Position numbers and translations under genes: made by a program
Notes under the pieces: model-generated
Told to the model about the DNA's origin: nothing
The model's input: only the letters and a program-made list of their open reading frames with translations
Database searches by the model: none
Part shown: piece by piece, positions 18,735-26,753 of the stretch
How the letters are laid out: each line of letters begins with the position of its first letter
How positions within the stretch are numbered: position 1 is the first letter of the stretch
Assembly (NCBI GenBank): GCA_022711495.1
Contig: JAKLEX010000001.1
Coordinates: 291,379-355,378 of the forward strand
Length of the DNA stretch: 64,000 nucleotides
Origin: Patescibacteria group bacterium
Lineage (GTDB): Bacteria; Patescibacteriota; Minisyncoccia; Phycocordibacterales; JAACPR01
Direction: 5' to 3'

Positions 18735-18777
18735 ATCTCAAGAAACTAAGGATCTTTAGAGATGAAAGGGGGATAGA

Positions 18778-19056
18778 ATGTCCTCGATACTCGGTGCTCT
18801 GGCGATGCTTGTCTCGCTGGCAGTTGTTTTCTTTGGCTTGACTTCTCAAGCCTGGAAAAATTACAAGAGAAAAACTTGCGAAGGTTTGTCCATAACACTG
18901 ATACTGGTTACGCTACTGGCCTATTCGGTTTGGCTGGCGTATGGAATATCCAAACCGGACTGGTTTTTGATTGCCTCGCAAACCCCGGGCGTAATAATGG
19001 GGCTGATAATCTTGAGCCAGTATTTGGTCTATGATTCCAAAAAGAAGAAGTCGTGA
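18778..19056 (+). CDS. SemiSWEET-like PQ-loop family small transporter (3 TM)
   Basis: 92 aa. QAWKNYKRKTCEGLS and LAYGISKPDWFLIAS...G.I match the PQ-loop/SemiSWEET signature (PQ..K.K....G.S and YG....D..LIAS). PQ is replaced by SQ here. Confidence 0.6.
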   Translation: MSSILGALAMLVSLAVVFFGLTSQAWKNYKRKTCEGLSITLILVTLLAYSVWLAYGISKPDWFLIASQTPGVIMGLIILSQYLVYDSKKKKS

Positions 19057-19089
19057 TCAGCGATAAACCCAATAAAAAAGGAGACTGCC

Positions 19090-19272
19090 ATGTCCAGAAA
19101 AAGATGCGGTATGAAAGGACGAATCCGGCTCTGCTTGCGGAACGGGATGATATTTTGCCACCGGCTGAAATGCAAGGTGCCGATCGTTGTGGACGACAAC
19201 GAAGGTAACTATTGCGTTGAGCCGAGCTGTCCCTGCAACCCACATCTGCGCCCGAAAGAAGCGGCGCAGTAG
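19090..19272 (+). CDS. small cysteine-rich protein (7 Cys in 60 aa), function unknown
   Basis: An AGGAG Shine-Dalgarno site lies 6 nt upstream of the ATG. The terminator follows immediately. Cysteines sit at positions 6, 15, 23, 28, 42, 47 and 49. The protein is basic. Confidence 0.45.
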   Translation: MSRKRCGMKGRIRLCLRNGMIFCHRLKCKVPIVVDDNEGNYCVEPSCPCNPHLRPKEAAQ

Positions 19273-19294
19273 GCAACTCTATTCCAAGAAACAA

Positions 19295-19327
19295 AACACT
19301 CGTGGCTATGCCCGGGTGTTTTTTATT
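19295..19327 (+). terminator. rho-independent terminator
   Basis: AACACTCG...CGGGTGTT forms a hairpin followed by TTTTTTATTT. Confidence 0.6.
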
Positions 19328-19355
19328 TGACACGTTGAATGTTTATTTGTACTAT
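19327..19355 (+). promoter_or_regulatory. sigma70-type promoter TTGACA-17-TACTAT
   Basis: TTGACA lies at 19327-19332 and TACTAT at 19350-19355. It is followed by an untranslated leader of about 75 nt before the GAGGAG RBS. Confidence 0.5.
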
Positions 19356-19431
19356 TTTACCCCAGAACAGTGGAACTTGAAGCACAACGTTTCAGGCCAT
19401 TGAGGAAAGTACGTTATAACAAGAGGAGAAG

Positions 19432-20367
19432 GTGGACATGAACAAGGGGACAAAGTTGGCGATAGCGCTATTTGTCGGGGCCGTCTTTGGCGAAGCTGTC
19501 GGTTATTATCTTCTGGTCAGTACACTCGGCCTTTCCATGATCTGGATTTTGCCGACGACTCTGATCGGGATGCTCGCTGGCAGTTGCGCCGTCTTGGGCG
19601 TCGAACCGTTGGTCCTGATTATCTGCACGATCGGTCTCTGGCTGACAAGTCTGGAGCCCGGCCAAAAAATCCGTGCGTGGAAACAGGGCCTGATTAGCAG
19701 TTGGCGTGCCTTCCGCGACGATCATCCGTGGTGGAGAACTTTACGGACGATCTGCCTCATTCTGTATTGGGCATCGTGGATCTGGGCGTATTTCAAAGCC
19801 GCCATGTTTATGTGGCATGGAAGTCACAGCCTATTCTTGGCTCTTACTGTGCCGGTTGGCGTTGGTGCGTTTTTGTTCGTCTCATCTATATTGCTCGTTG
19901 AGCGATATGGTCTGGAAGAAGTCCTTTTTCAGAAAATGTTGGTCCGGCGCTCGCCAAAGAGGTTATTTCGGAGAGACAAGGTGGTGGATTTCGTGATAGA
20001 GGAGATAACATTCCTATTGGCGGCCAACCCGTTTTCGGTGGTGACCATTGATATCTTCCTCGGCGGGTTTTTTGTGGTGAAAACCACTGCTGTCTGGCTC
20101 ATCAACCTTTTCTGGAATATTCTGGAGACGGTCAATTCCAGTAACCTTGTAGTGATTGCGACCGGCGGCGCGATCGGCCTGATCGTCTCGCAAGTATGTG
20201 GATATCCTCCGTTGATCTCTTGTGTCGTCGGCGGAGTCGGCGGACTTCTCGTGAAGCTCGCAATCAACGCGATCCTGTTCGTGTTTGTCTTCATCGTTCT
20301 GATGATCATGAGTTGGTTACTTGGTTCTGATATTATCTGGGAAGCAACATCGTGCGATTCGGACTAA
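19432..20367 (+). CDS. polytopic integral membrane protein (about 8 TM), unknown function
   Basis: 311 aa and strongly hydrophobic. A strong RBS AAGAGGAGAAGG is present. The start is either the GTG at 19432 or the ATG at 19438. The segment is GC-richer than its surroundings. Confidence 0.5.
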   Translation: MDMNKGTKLAIALFVGAVFGEAVGYYLLVSTLGLSMIWILPTTLIGMLAGSCAVLGVEPLVLIICTIGLWLTSLEPGQKIRAWKQGLISSWRAFRDDHPWWRTLRTICLILYWASWIWAYFKAAMFMWHGSHSLFLALTVPVGVGAFLFVSSILLVERYGLEEVLFQKMLVRRSPKRLFRRDKVVDFVIEEITFLLAANPFSVVTIDIFLGGFFVVKTTAVWLINLFWNILETVNSSNLVVIATGGAIGLIVSQVCGYPPLISCVVGGVGGLLVKLAINAILFVFVFIVLMIMSWLLGSDIIWEATSCDSD

Positions 20368-20409
20368 TGGTCGATTAGTTTGCTGGCACCTAATCGGTTC
20401 GTTAATTCC

Positions 20410-20448
20410 AAAGCTCGGAAGATGGCAATCTTTCGAGCTTTTATTTTT
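20410..20448 (+). terminator. rho-independent terminator
   Basis: AAAGCTCGGAAGAT-ggca-ATCTTTCGAGCTTT forms a hairpin followed by TATTTTT. Confidence 0.65.
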
Positions 20449-20474
20449 GACATACTTTTTAAAACTTGTAGTAT
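20447..20474 (+). promoter_or_regulatory. sigma70-type promoter TTGACA-16-TAGTAT
   Basis: TTGACA lies at 20447-20452 and TAGTAT at 20469-20474. An AAGGAG RBS sits 7 nt upstream of the ATG at 20520. Confidence 0.5.
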
Positions 20475-20519
20475 CTATCTTGAATAGTTCATAAGAATCC
20501 AAATATAAGGAGAAAACAG

Positions 20520-21167
20520 ATGAACCTGTTGATAGCTGATATTGCCGCTTGGATGAAGGAGAAGGGGCTGATCGGTCTGCATTTTGATACCACGGTTGAA
20601 GACGGAGTTTATGTTTATCATGTTTACGTTCATGGTCGAGTTTCGGCCGTCAGGGGCGACGACTATCAGTCGAACATTGAAGCTGTTGTGTTTTGGCATA
20701 AACCCGGCCGGCCGTTAAACGCCGATCAGATTGCCTCTTCTTTGTCTCCCGGAACTCGTAAGAAGATTCTTGACGAGTTGGAAGAATTGCAAGCCGCGAA
20801 TCGTCTTGATGCGTGCGATCAAATCGCATACACGGAGGCCTTTGAGTTCAAACTGCAGGAGCGGGTCATGGACGATTATCGTGAAAAATGTATGGTCGTC
20901 GGTCAGCGCGACGAAGAAGCTCTTCACATGTTTTTTAGCCCGGCCCGAGTGGTCGCTGGGCTGACTGACAGGGAGGTGCGGCTCTGCATTCTAATGTCTT
21001 CTTTACGCGATCAGCAGAAAAGGCTTTTTCCTTTGATGAGGCCACCGATGTTGTCCGAGAAGTTACTAAGATTTCCGGATATTTCTTTGCCCAGAGGGGA
21101 GGCACTGAAGGAGGCGATCTACGATATCCTCCTGGATATTGCCGAAAGCCAAATTCTTCCTTTTTGA
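20520..21167 (+). CDS. hypothetical cytoplasmic protein (215 aa)
   Basis: A good RBS is present with its own promoter and terminator. No recognisable domain was found. It contains an R-x5-H stretch (RDEEALH), which is weak HEPN-like evidence only. Confidence 0.45.
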   Translation: MNLLIADIAAWMKEKGLIGLHFDTTVEDGVYVYHVYVHGRVSAVRGDDYQSNIEAVVFWHKPGRPLNADQIASSLSPGTRKKILDELEELQAANRLDACDQIAYTEAFEFKLQERVMDDYREKCMVVGQRDEEALHMFFSPARVVAGLTDREVRLCILMSSLRDQQKRLFPLMRPPMLSEKLLRFPDISLPRGEALKEAIYDILLDIAESQILPF

Positions 21168-21179
21168 TCTCTTCGCTAC

Positions 21180-21214
21180 GACCAGAGCTAGTCTCTGGTC
21201 TTTTTATTTTTTTG
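21180..21214 (+). terminator. rho-independent terminator
   Basis: GACCAGAG-ctagt-CTCTGGTC is a perfect 8 bp hairpin followed by TTTTTATTTTTTT. Confidence 0.7.
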
Positions 21215-21229
21215 AGAGAATAATCACGT

Positions 21230-21656
21230 TGTTTTTTAAATAAAATCATTGCAAATAAAAATCACCCCTGAAAGATGAGGTGATGAAAATGGTCGGTGCC
21301 TTCTAGGCGGCACCGGTAGCCCCTAACTCTGCACTGAACTGCCATTAATGGCGGAGACCGGCGGAAATTGGTTTTTCCGCACCGCCGTACCTTTCTCGGT
21401 ACGTGTCCACGTTGGATTTTTACTGCCTTCTCCATTATGCAACCGGTTGGACGCCGGGACCCCAGTCCACGCGTGCGTTTCCAGGATCAACCAGAAACGA
21501 TCACTCGCTTAAACCGGAAAGTCGGTGCTTTTCAAGAAGAGTTCACAAACCCAACTGAACTTACGGCCTCCATATTTTCTAGACAAGAGAATAGCAAAAC
21601 TTGGTTTTGTGTCAAGAGGTTGCGGATCTCGGTCAATTTGCCGATTTGGGCAAATA
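21230..21656. other. GC-rich, hairpin-dense non-coding region (candidate structured RNA, unidentified)
   Basis: There is no credible ORF; 21368..21730 overlaps the thrS 3' end and lacks signals. Multiple stable hairpins are present: ATCACC...GGTGAT, CGGTGCC...GGCACCG, the palindrome GCCATTAATGGC, GCGGAAA...TTTCCGC, GTACC...GGTAC and TTGCC...GGCAA. Confidence 0.35.
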
Positions 21657-23387
21657 TTATTTTAGATCTTCAACCAATTTTTCCAAATCTAGCATTCCGA
21701 TATTACCTTTGTCGCGACTTTCCAGTGTGAACTTATCTTCCGCGATTTCTTTATCTCCAATTACGACGAAATAGGGAACTTTTTCAATCTTGGCCTTTCT
21801 AACTTTTTTACCAAAACCGTCGTTGGAATCGTCAATCTCAGCGCGGATTTTTCTTTTCTTAAACTCCGCCAAAAGCTCAAGAGCTTTTTCATTGTGAGTT
21901 TCTCCAACTGGCAGAATCTTCACTTGAACTGGAGCGATCCAGAAAGGGAAATTGCCAGCGAAATGTTCAATCAAAATCGCCAGAAATCTTTCATAAGAAC
22001 CCAGAATTGCTCGGTGAATCATGACCGGCGGTTTCTTTTGACCGTCTTTGTCCGTATATTCCAAACCGAATCTCTTTGGCATATTAAAGTCCAGCTGAAT
22101 CGTCGCCAACTGCCATTCGCGACCGAGAGAATCCTTAAACATATAGTCTATTTTTGGTCCATAAAGCGCCGCTTCGCCCTCCATGGTTTTGGCGCCTAAA
22201 TTAAGTTCTTCAGAGATTTCTTTCAAAATTTGCTCAGACTTTTTCCAAGTCTCTGGATCGCCGATGTATTTTTCCGGATGTTTTTTGTCGCTAGTAGAGA
22301 GCGAAACCCAATGAGAGCCAAACAAGCCGATGTCCGTATAAAATTCTTCAATAATTTTAGCGATACTTTTAACTTCATTTTTAACCTGTTCCGGCGTGCA
22401 GAAAATATGGCCGTCATCGCAGGTAATTGATCGAACGCGCGTTAGACCGCTGATTTCACCAGGCATTTCATCGCGATATTGCATGGTTGATTCCATCAGA
22501 CGAACTGGCAGATCGCGATAACTTCTTGGAATTGAAGCATAAATTTGGGTGTGATGTGGACAATTAACTGGCTTCAAAACGAATTCATCGTAATGGCTAA
22601 CAACTTTTATCAATTCATCGGAAAATTTAGCCGCATGACCGGAAATTTCGTAAAGTTTTTTCTTGGCTAAGTGAGGGATAGTAACTTCTTGCATGTCATA
22701 TCTGGCACTAATTTCAAAAAGGCGATTTTTCAAAGCGTTGCGAATAGCCGTGCCTTTAGGCGTGAACAATGGCAAGCCGGCGCCAACTAATTCGGAAAAA
22801 GTGTACAGATTCATTTCTTTGCTGATCTTGCGATGATCTCGTTCGGCCGCTTCAGCCATTTTCTTTTTGTGTTCTTCTAAGGCCGCGGCATTTTCAAAAG
22901 CCAGACCGTAAATACGAGTCAACATCTTATTTTTTTCATCGCCTCGCCAATAGGCGCCAGCCATTTTGTTGATTTCAAAAGCTTCGGCGTCAATCTCTTT
23001 GGTGTTCTCTATATGAGGGCCGGAACACAAGTCAACAAAATCTCCGGTTGAGTAAATAGAAATTTTTTGCCCGTCATTAACAATCTCGTCAATTAACTCT
23101 AGTTTATATGGATTGTCTTTAAAAATTTCGCGCGCCTCTTTTTCTGAAACCTCTTTTCTCTCAAAATCAAGCTTTTTATTGATAAGTTTTTTAATGGTTT
23201 TTTGAAAAGTTTTTAAGTCTTTTTCAGTCGGAGTTTTACCGTCACTGAAATCAAAGTCATAATAAAAACCGTTATCAATAACTGGCCCGATGGTGACCTT
23301 AACCTTGGGGTCAAAATCTAATACTGCCATAGCTAATAAATGAGCCAGCGAATGACGAATCTTAAATATCTTGTCTTCTTTATTCAT
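21657..23387 (-). CDS. thrS: threonyl-tRNA synthetase (short form lacking N-terminal TGS domain)
   Basis: 576 aa. It begins with the second additional domain (HSLAHLL). The class II catalytic core and a C-terminal anticodon-binding domain are present. Confidence 0.85.
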   Translation of the reverse strand: MNKEDKIFKIRHSLAHLLAMAVLDFDPKVKVTIGPVIDNGFYYDFDFSDGKTPTEKDLKTFQKTIKKLINKKLDFERKEVSEKEAREIFKDNPYKLELIDEIVNDGQKISIYSTGDFVDLCSGPHIENTKEIDAEAFEINKMAGAYWRGDEKNKMLTRIYGLAFENAAALEEHKKKMAEAAERDHRKISKEMNLYTFSELVGAGLPLFTPKGTAIRNALKNRLFEISARYDMQEVTIPHLAKKKLYEISGHAAKFSDELIKVVSHYDEFVLKPVNCPHHTQIYASIPRSYRDLPVRLMESTMQYRDEMPGEISGLTRVRSITCDDGHIFCTPEQVKNEVKSIAKIIEEFYTDIGLFGSHWVSLSTSDKKHPEKYIGDPETWKKSEQILKEISEELNLGAKTMEGEAALYGPKIDYMFKDSLGREWQLATIQLDFNMPKRFGLEYTDKDGQKKPPVMIHRAILGSYERFLAILIEHFAGNFPFWIAPVQVKILPVGETHNEKALELLAEFKKRKIRAEIDDSNDGFGKKVRKAKIEKVPYFVVIGDKEIAEDKFTLESRDKGNIGMLDLEKLVEDLK

Positions 23388-23431
23388 ATGGGGTGAATTA
23401 TGCCCGAAAATAGCGGAGATGTAAATTCATA

Positions 23432-26400
23432 TTAAAGCGCCTTCAGAACATCGGCGATCAGTCCAATTTCGCCATTTCTGTCGGACAACTTGCCCTTGAT
23501 GGCTAAACAATTTTTGGGCTGAATTATATCTCTATATTTATCAAATATTTTTGGAAAGACCACGACCTCTATTTTGTCCGACAAATCGCTGACTTTCACG
23601 AAAGCCATCTCACTGTTGTTTTTTGTCCTAATGATCCGGATATCGTCAATATGTCCGGCCAGAACGGCAGTCATTCCCGGTTTCAGTCGTTCTTTGCTTT
23701 TTCTAATAGGCGGGGTCTTTTCCAATTTGGCACGGAATTTATCAAGCGGATGTCCGGAAATATAAAGACCAAGCAGTTCTTTTTCCCAGGCCAGCTTTTC
23801 TGAATCGCTTACTGGTGCGGTTTTTTTAAGCCGTAACTTTGGCAGAACTGTTTCTGAGCCGGCAAACAAAGAATTTTGATTTTTTAAGCCATTACCGTTC
23901 GCTTCTTTTGAATAATGCAGAAGTTCTTCCAGATTTCCAATTAGTTCGCCACGGTCGGCGAATTTATCTAGGGCGCCAACTTTAATTAGAGCTTCCAGCG
24001 ATTTCTTATTAAGATTTCGATCGTTTATTCGGTGGAGAAAATCTTCCAATGATTGGAAAGAGCCGTTTTGTTTTCTCTCGCGGATAATTGAGTGAGCGAT
24101 GCCGTCGCCGAAATTCTTGATGCTGGTCAGGCCGAATCGAATTTTTGACTTTTCGCCACTTATTGTTTTTTCTCCGTGAACCTTATCTATTATTTCATCC
24201 TCCGCTTTGTTTGTTGTTTCATCCACCGATTTGTTTACCAGAGCCGTGAAATCGGTAAAGCTTTCATTGATATCCGGAGGCAGAACCTCAATATTCATCC
24301 GCCGAGCTTCTTCAACCATTTCGGCGATTTTATCCACATCTCCCGAATCAGCCGTTAAAACAGCGGCCATGTAAATAACGGGATAGTTCGCTTTTAGATA
24401 AGAAGTCAAATAGGCGATTCGCCCGTAACTAGCCGCGTGGGCCTTGTTGAATCCGTAAGCGGCGAAAGTTTCAATTGATTCCCAAAGCTTTTTGATTTGT
24501 CCGTCGTTTAAACCGCTGTGTTTTTTGCAACCTAGGGCGAATTTCTCTTTCTGCGCCTCCATGATCTCCGGAATTTTCTTTCCCATGGCTTTGCGGAATT
24601 TATCGGCTTCTCCCCAAGAATAACCGGCGAATTTAACCGCGATCATCATAATATCGTCTTGGTAAATCAAGATTCCGAATGTCGGCTCTAGAATTTCTTG
24701 GAAACGTGCATCAATGTATTTAACCTTTTGCGGATTATGTTTTCTTTCAATGTAATCCGGGATAAAAGCCATCGGACCTGGTCGGTAAAGCGCCACCATG
24801 GCATTGATGTCGTTAACGTTCGTCGGCTTAAGCTCTTTCAAGAATCTGGTCATACCTTGACCGTTTAATTGAAAGGTCGCCGCCGTTTCTCCGCGCGTCA
24901 GCATTTCAAAAGTCTTTTTGTCATCCAACGGAATCTTATCTAAGTCAATTTTTTCCCCATGAATAATTTCAATTCGTCTTAGAGTTTCGGCCATGATCGT
25001 CAGATTTTTTAGTCCCAGAAAGTCAAATTTCAAAAGTCCAATACCGTCTTCGCCGACCGAATACATATCATATTGGGTAATTAGCTTCTCGCTTCCTTTT
25101 GGGTCATATTGTAAAGGCACGTCTTCAATTAGCGGGTCCGGAGAGATAACCACGCCGGCGGCGTGGACGCCAATATGGCGGGCGCAACCCTCAATTTTTC
25201 TGGCCATGTCTAGGATTTTCTTAGCGTCGTTTTCAGATTTATAGACAGTGGCTAATTCCGGAACCTCTTCCAAGGCTCGATCAATAGTCATCGGGAAACC
25301 TTGTTTGCCAAAAGGAATTAATTTGGCGATTCTATCGGCGACGCGCACTTCGTAACCCATGGCTCTGGCTGCGTCGCGAACTGAACCACGCGCCATCATC
25401 GTTCCGAAAGTCCCGATTTGTGCTACGCGATCCTTGCCGTATTTTTCTCTGACGTAATCTAGCAATTCATCACGACGATTGTCGGCGATGTCCATATCTA
25501 TATCTGGTGCCGAGGGCCTCTCCGGGTTCAGAAATCGTTCAAACGGCAGATTCAGTTTTATTGGATCAACCGTGGTAATCCCAATTAAATAAGAAACTAA
25601 GGAACCCGCCGCCGAACCCCTGGTGTTGCTTAAGATTCCTTTCTCCCTCGCCGCCCGCAAAAAATCGGCCACTGCCAAAAAGTAATTTGAATAACCTTTC
25701 GTGGCGATGATTTCCAATTCGTAATTTATTCTATCAATCACCGCCGGTGATTTTTCCATTCCTCTAAAACCTATTCCTTCATAAGCCAGTCTTTTAAGCT
25801 CTTCATCTGAAGTTAAGCCACTCTCAATTTTGAAATCCGGAAATTTCCACTTACCGATCTCAATTTCCAAATCGCAAGCATCCACGATTTTCTGAATATT
25901 TTGCAGAGCTTCCGGCTCATCTTTGAAAAGTTCGGTCATTTTTTCCGGACCGATGAAAGAGAAATCAGCATTGTCGCGCATAAAAGTTGAATCGCTGCCG
26001 CCGAAACTTGATTGAACCATCAACAAAGTTCGGCGAGCTTCTTTATCATCCTCATTCATGTAATAAACGTCTTGGCTGGCAACCAGTTGAAAATTATTTT
26101 CTCGCGCAAAAGTCTTTATCTTTTGCGTCAATTCGGCGAAGTCTTCAATTTCTGGATGATGACAGATTTCCATGAAAACGTTTTCTTTTCCAAACTGTTC
26201 CTCGTAAAACTTTATAATTTGCTTAGCTTTATCAAAATCATTTACTCGCAGGGCGTTGGCGACTTCGCCACCAAAAGCGGGAGAGACGCAGATCAATTCG
26301 GACGAATATTTTTGGATAAGTTCTTTGTCTATCCTTGGTTTGTAATAGAAACCTTCCAGGTGCGAATAAGTAACGAGTTTAATCAGATTTTTATAGCCGA

Positions 26401-26740
26401 CCTTATTTTTGGCCAGTAAAACTAATCGGCTGCGGGCCGTGTCTATTCGCGGCTCTTTGTCGTGACGAGTTCTGTTGGCCACGTAAAAATCAACACCCAG
26501 AATCGGCTTTATTTCGTTTTCAATGCACTCTTGATAAAAGGGAATTGCTCCGTACAAATTACCATTATCTGTTAGCGCCAGGGCCATCATTCCAAGTTCT
26601 TTAGCTCGTCCGACCAACTCCGGAATTTTGGGCAGAGCCGACAGAAGACTATAATGGCTGTGGACATGGAGATGTGTCGGATTCAATTTCATGCTGGTAT
26701 TATAAGAGTCCGAAGAGTATTTCGCAAAATTTTTTAACAT
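23432..26740 (-). CDS. dnaE: DNA polymerase III alpha subunit
   Basis: 1102 aa. The PHP domain HLHVHSHYSLL is at the N-terminus. Polymerase core and OB fold are present. The true start may be the MKLNP codon 48 nt downstream. Confidence 0.85.
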   Translation of the reverse strand: MLKNFAKYSSDSYNTSMKLNPTHLHVHSHYSLLSALPKIPELVGRAKELGMMALALTDNGNLYGAIPFYQECIENEIKPILGVDFYVANRTRHDKEPRIDTARSRLVLLAKNKVGYKNLIKLVTYSHLEGFYYKPRIDKELIQKYSSELICVSPAFGGEVANALRVNDFDKAKQIIKFYEEQFGKENVFMEICHHPEIEDFAELTQKIKTFARENNFQLVASQDVYYMNEDDKEARRTLLMVQSSFGGSDSTFMRDNADFSFIGPEKMTELFKDEPEALQNIQKIVDACDLEIEIGKWKFPDFKIESGLTSDEELKRLAYEGIGFRGMEKSPAVIDRINYELEIIATKGYSNYFLAVADFLRAAREKGILSNTRGSAAGSLVSYLIGITTVDPIKLNLPFERFLNPERPSAPDIDMDIADNRRDELLDYVREKYGKDRVAQIGTFGTMMARGSVRDAARAMGYEVRVADRIAKLIPFGKQGFPMTIDRALEEVPELATVYKSENDAKKILDMARKIEGCARHIGVHAAGVVISPDPLIEDVPLQYDPKGSEKLITQYDMYSVGEDGIGLLKFDFLGLKNLTIMAETLRRIEIIHGEKIDLDKIPLDDKKTFEMLTRGETAATFQLNGQGMTRFLKELKPTNVNDINAMVALYRPGPMAFIPDYIERKHNPQKVKYIDARFQEILEPTFGILIYQDDIMMIAVKFAGYSWGEADKFRKAMGKKIPEIMEAQKEKFALGCKKHSGLNDGQIKKLWESIETFAAYGFNKAHAASYGRIAYLTSYLKANYPVIYMAAVLTADSGDVDKIAEMVEEARRMNIEVLPPDINESFTDFTALVNKSVDETTNKAEDEIIDKVHGEKTISGEKSKIRFGLTSIKNFGDGIAHSIIRERKQNGSFQSLEDFLHRINDRNLNKKSLEALIKVGALDKFADRGELIGNLEELLHYSKEANGNGLKNQNSLFAGSETVLPKLRLKKTAPVSDSEKLAWEKELLGLYISGHPLDKFRAKLEKTPPIRKSKERLKPGMTAVLAGHIDDIRIIRTKNNSEMAFVKVSDLSDKIEVVVFPKIFDKYRDIIQPKNCLAIKGKLSDRNGEIGLIADVLKAL

Positions 26741-26753
26741 TTCACAACAAAAA

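Noticed and set aside
18908-19333. 141 aa minus-strand ORF across the SemiSWEET and Cys-rich genes, and similar antisense ORFs (19468..19725, 19929..20309, 36059..36580, 38113..38388, 40726..41022, among others)
   Set aside because: They lie antisense within well-supported genes (rpoB, rpoC, pilin) or the higher-GC island. They lack RBS and have biased composition. They are typical shadow ORFs.
18686-21230. Integrase, transposase or other mobility gene within the island
   Set aside because: None of the four ORFs resembles a recombinase. No direct repeat of the tRNA-Glu 3' end was found downstream. Horizontal origin is therefore inferred only from composition and expression signals.
21230-21656. 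Possible tmRNA or RNase P RNA
   Set aside because: I looked on both strands for a tRNA-like acceptor/T-arm pair with a GGGG 5' end (tmRNA) and for P4/CR-IV/CR-V motifs (RNase P). Only a partial GGAAAGTCGG and a CCGACCA 3'-like end were seen, without the matching partner elements. Not callable by eye; left as an unidentified structured region.
21368-21730. 120 aa ORF in the GC-rich intergenic region running into the thrS 3' end
   Set aside because: It overlaps the thrS coding end on the opposite strand, has no start signals, and has a Pro/Arg-rich GC-driven composition. It is likely a spurious ORF in GC-rich non-coding DNA.
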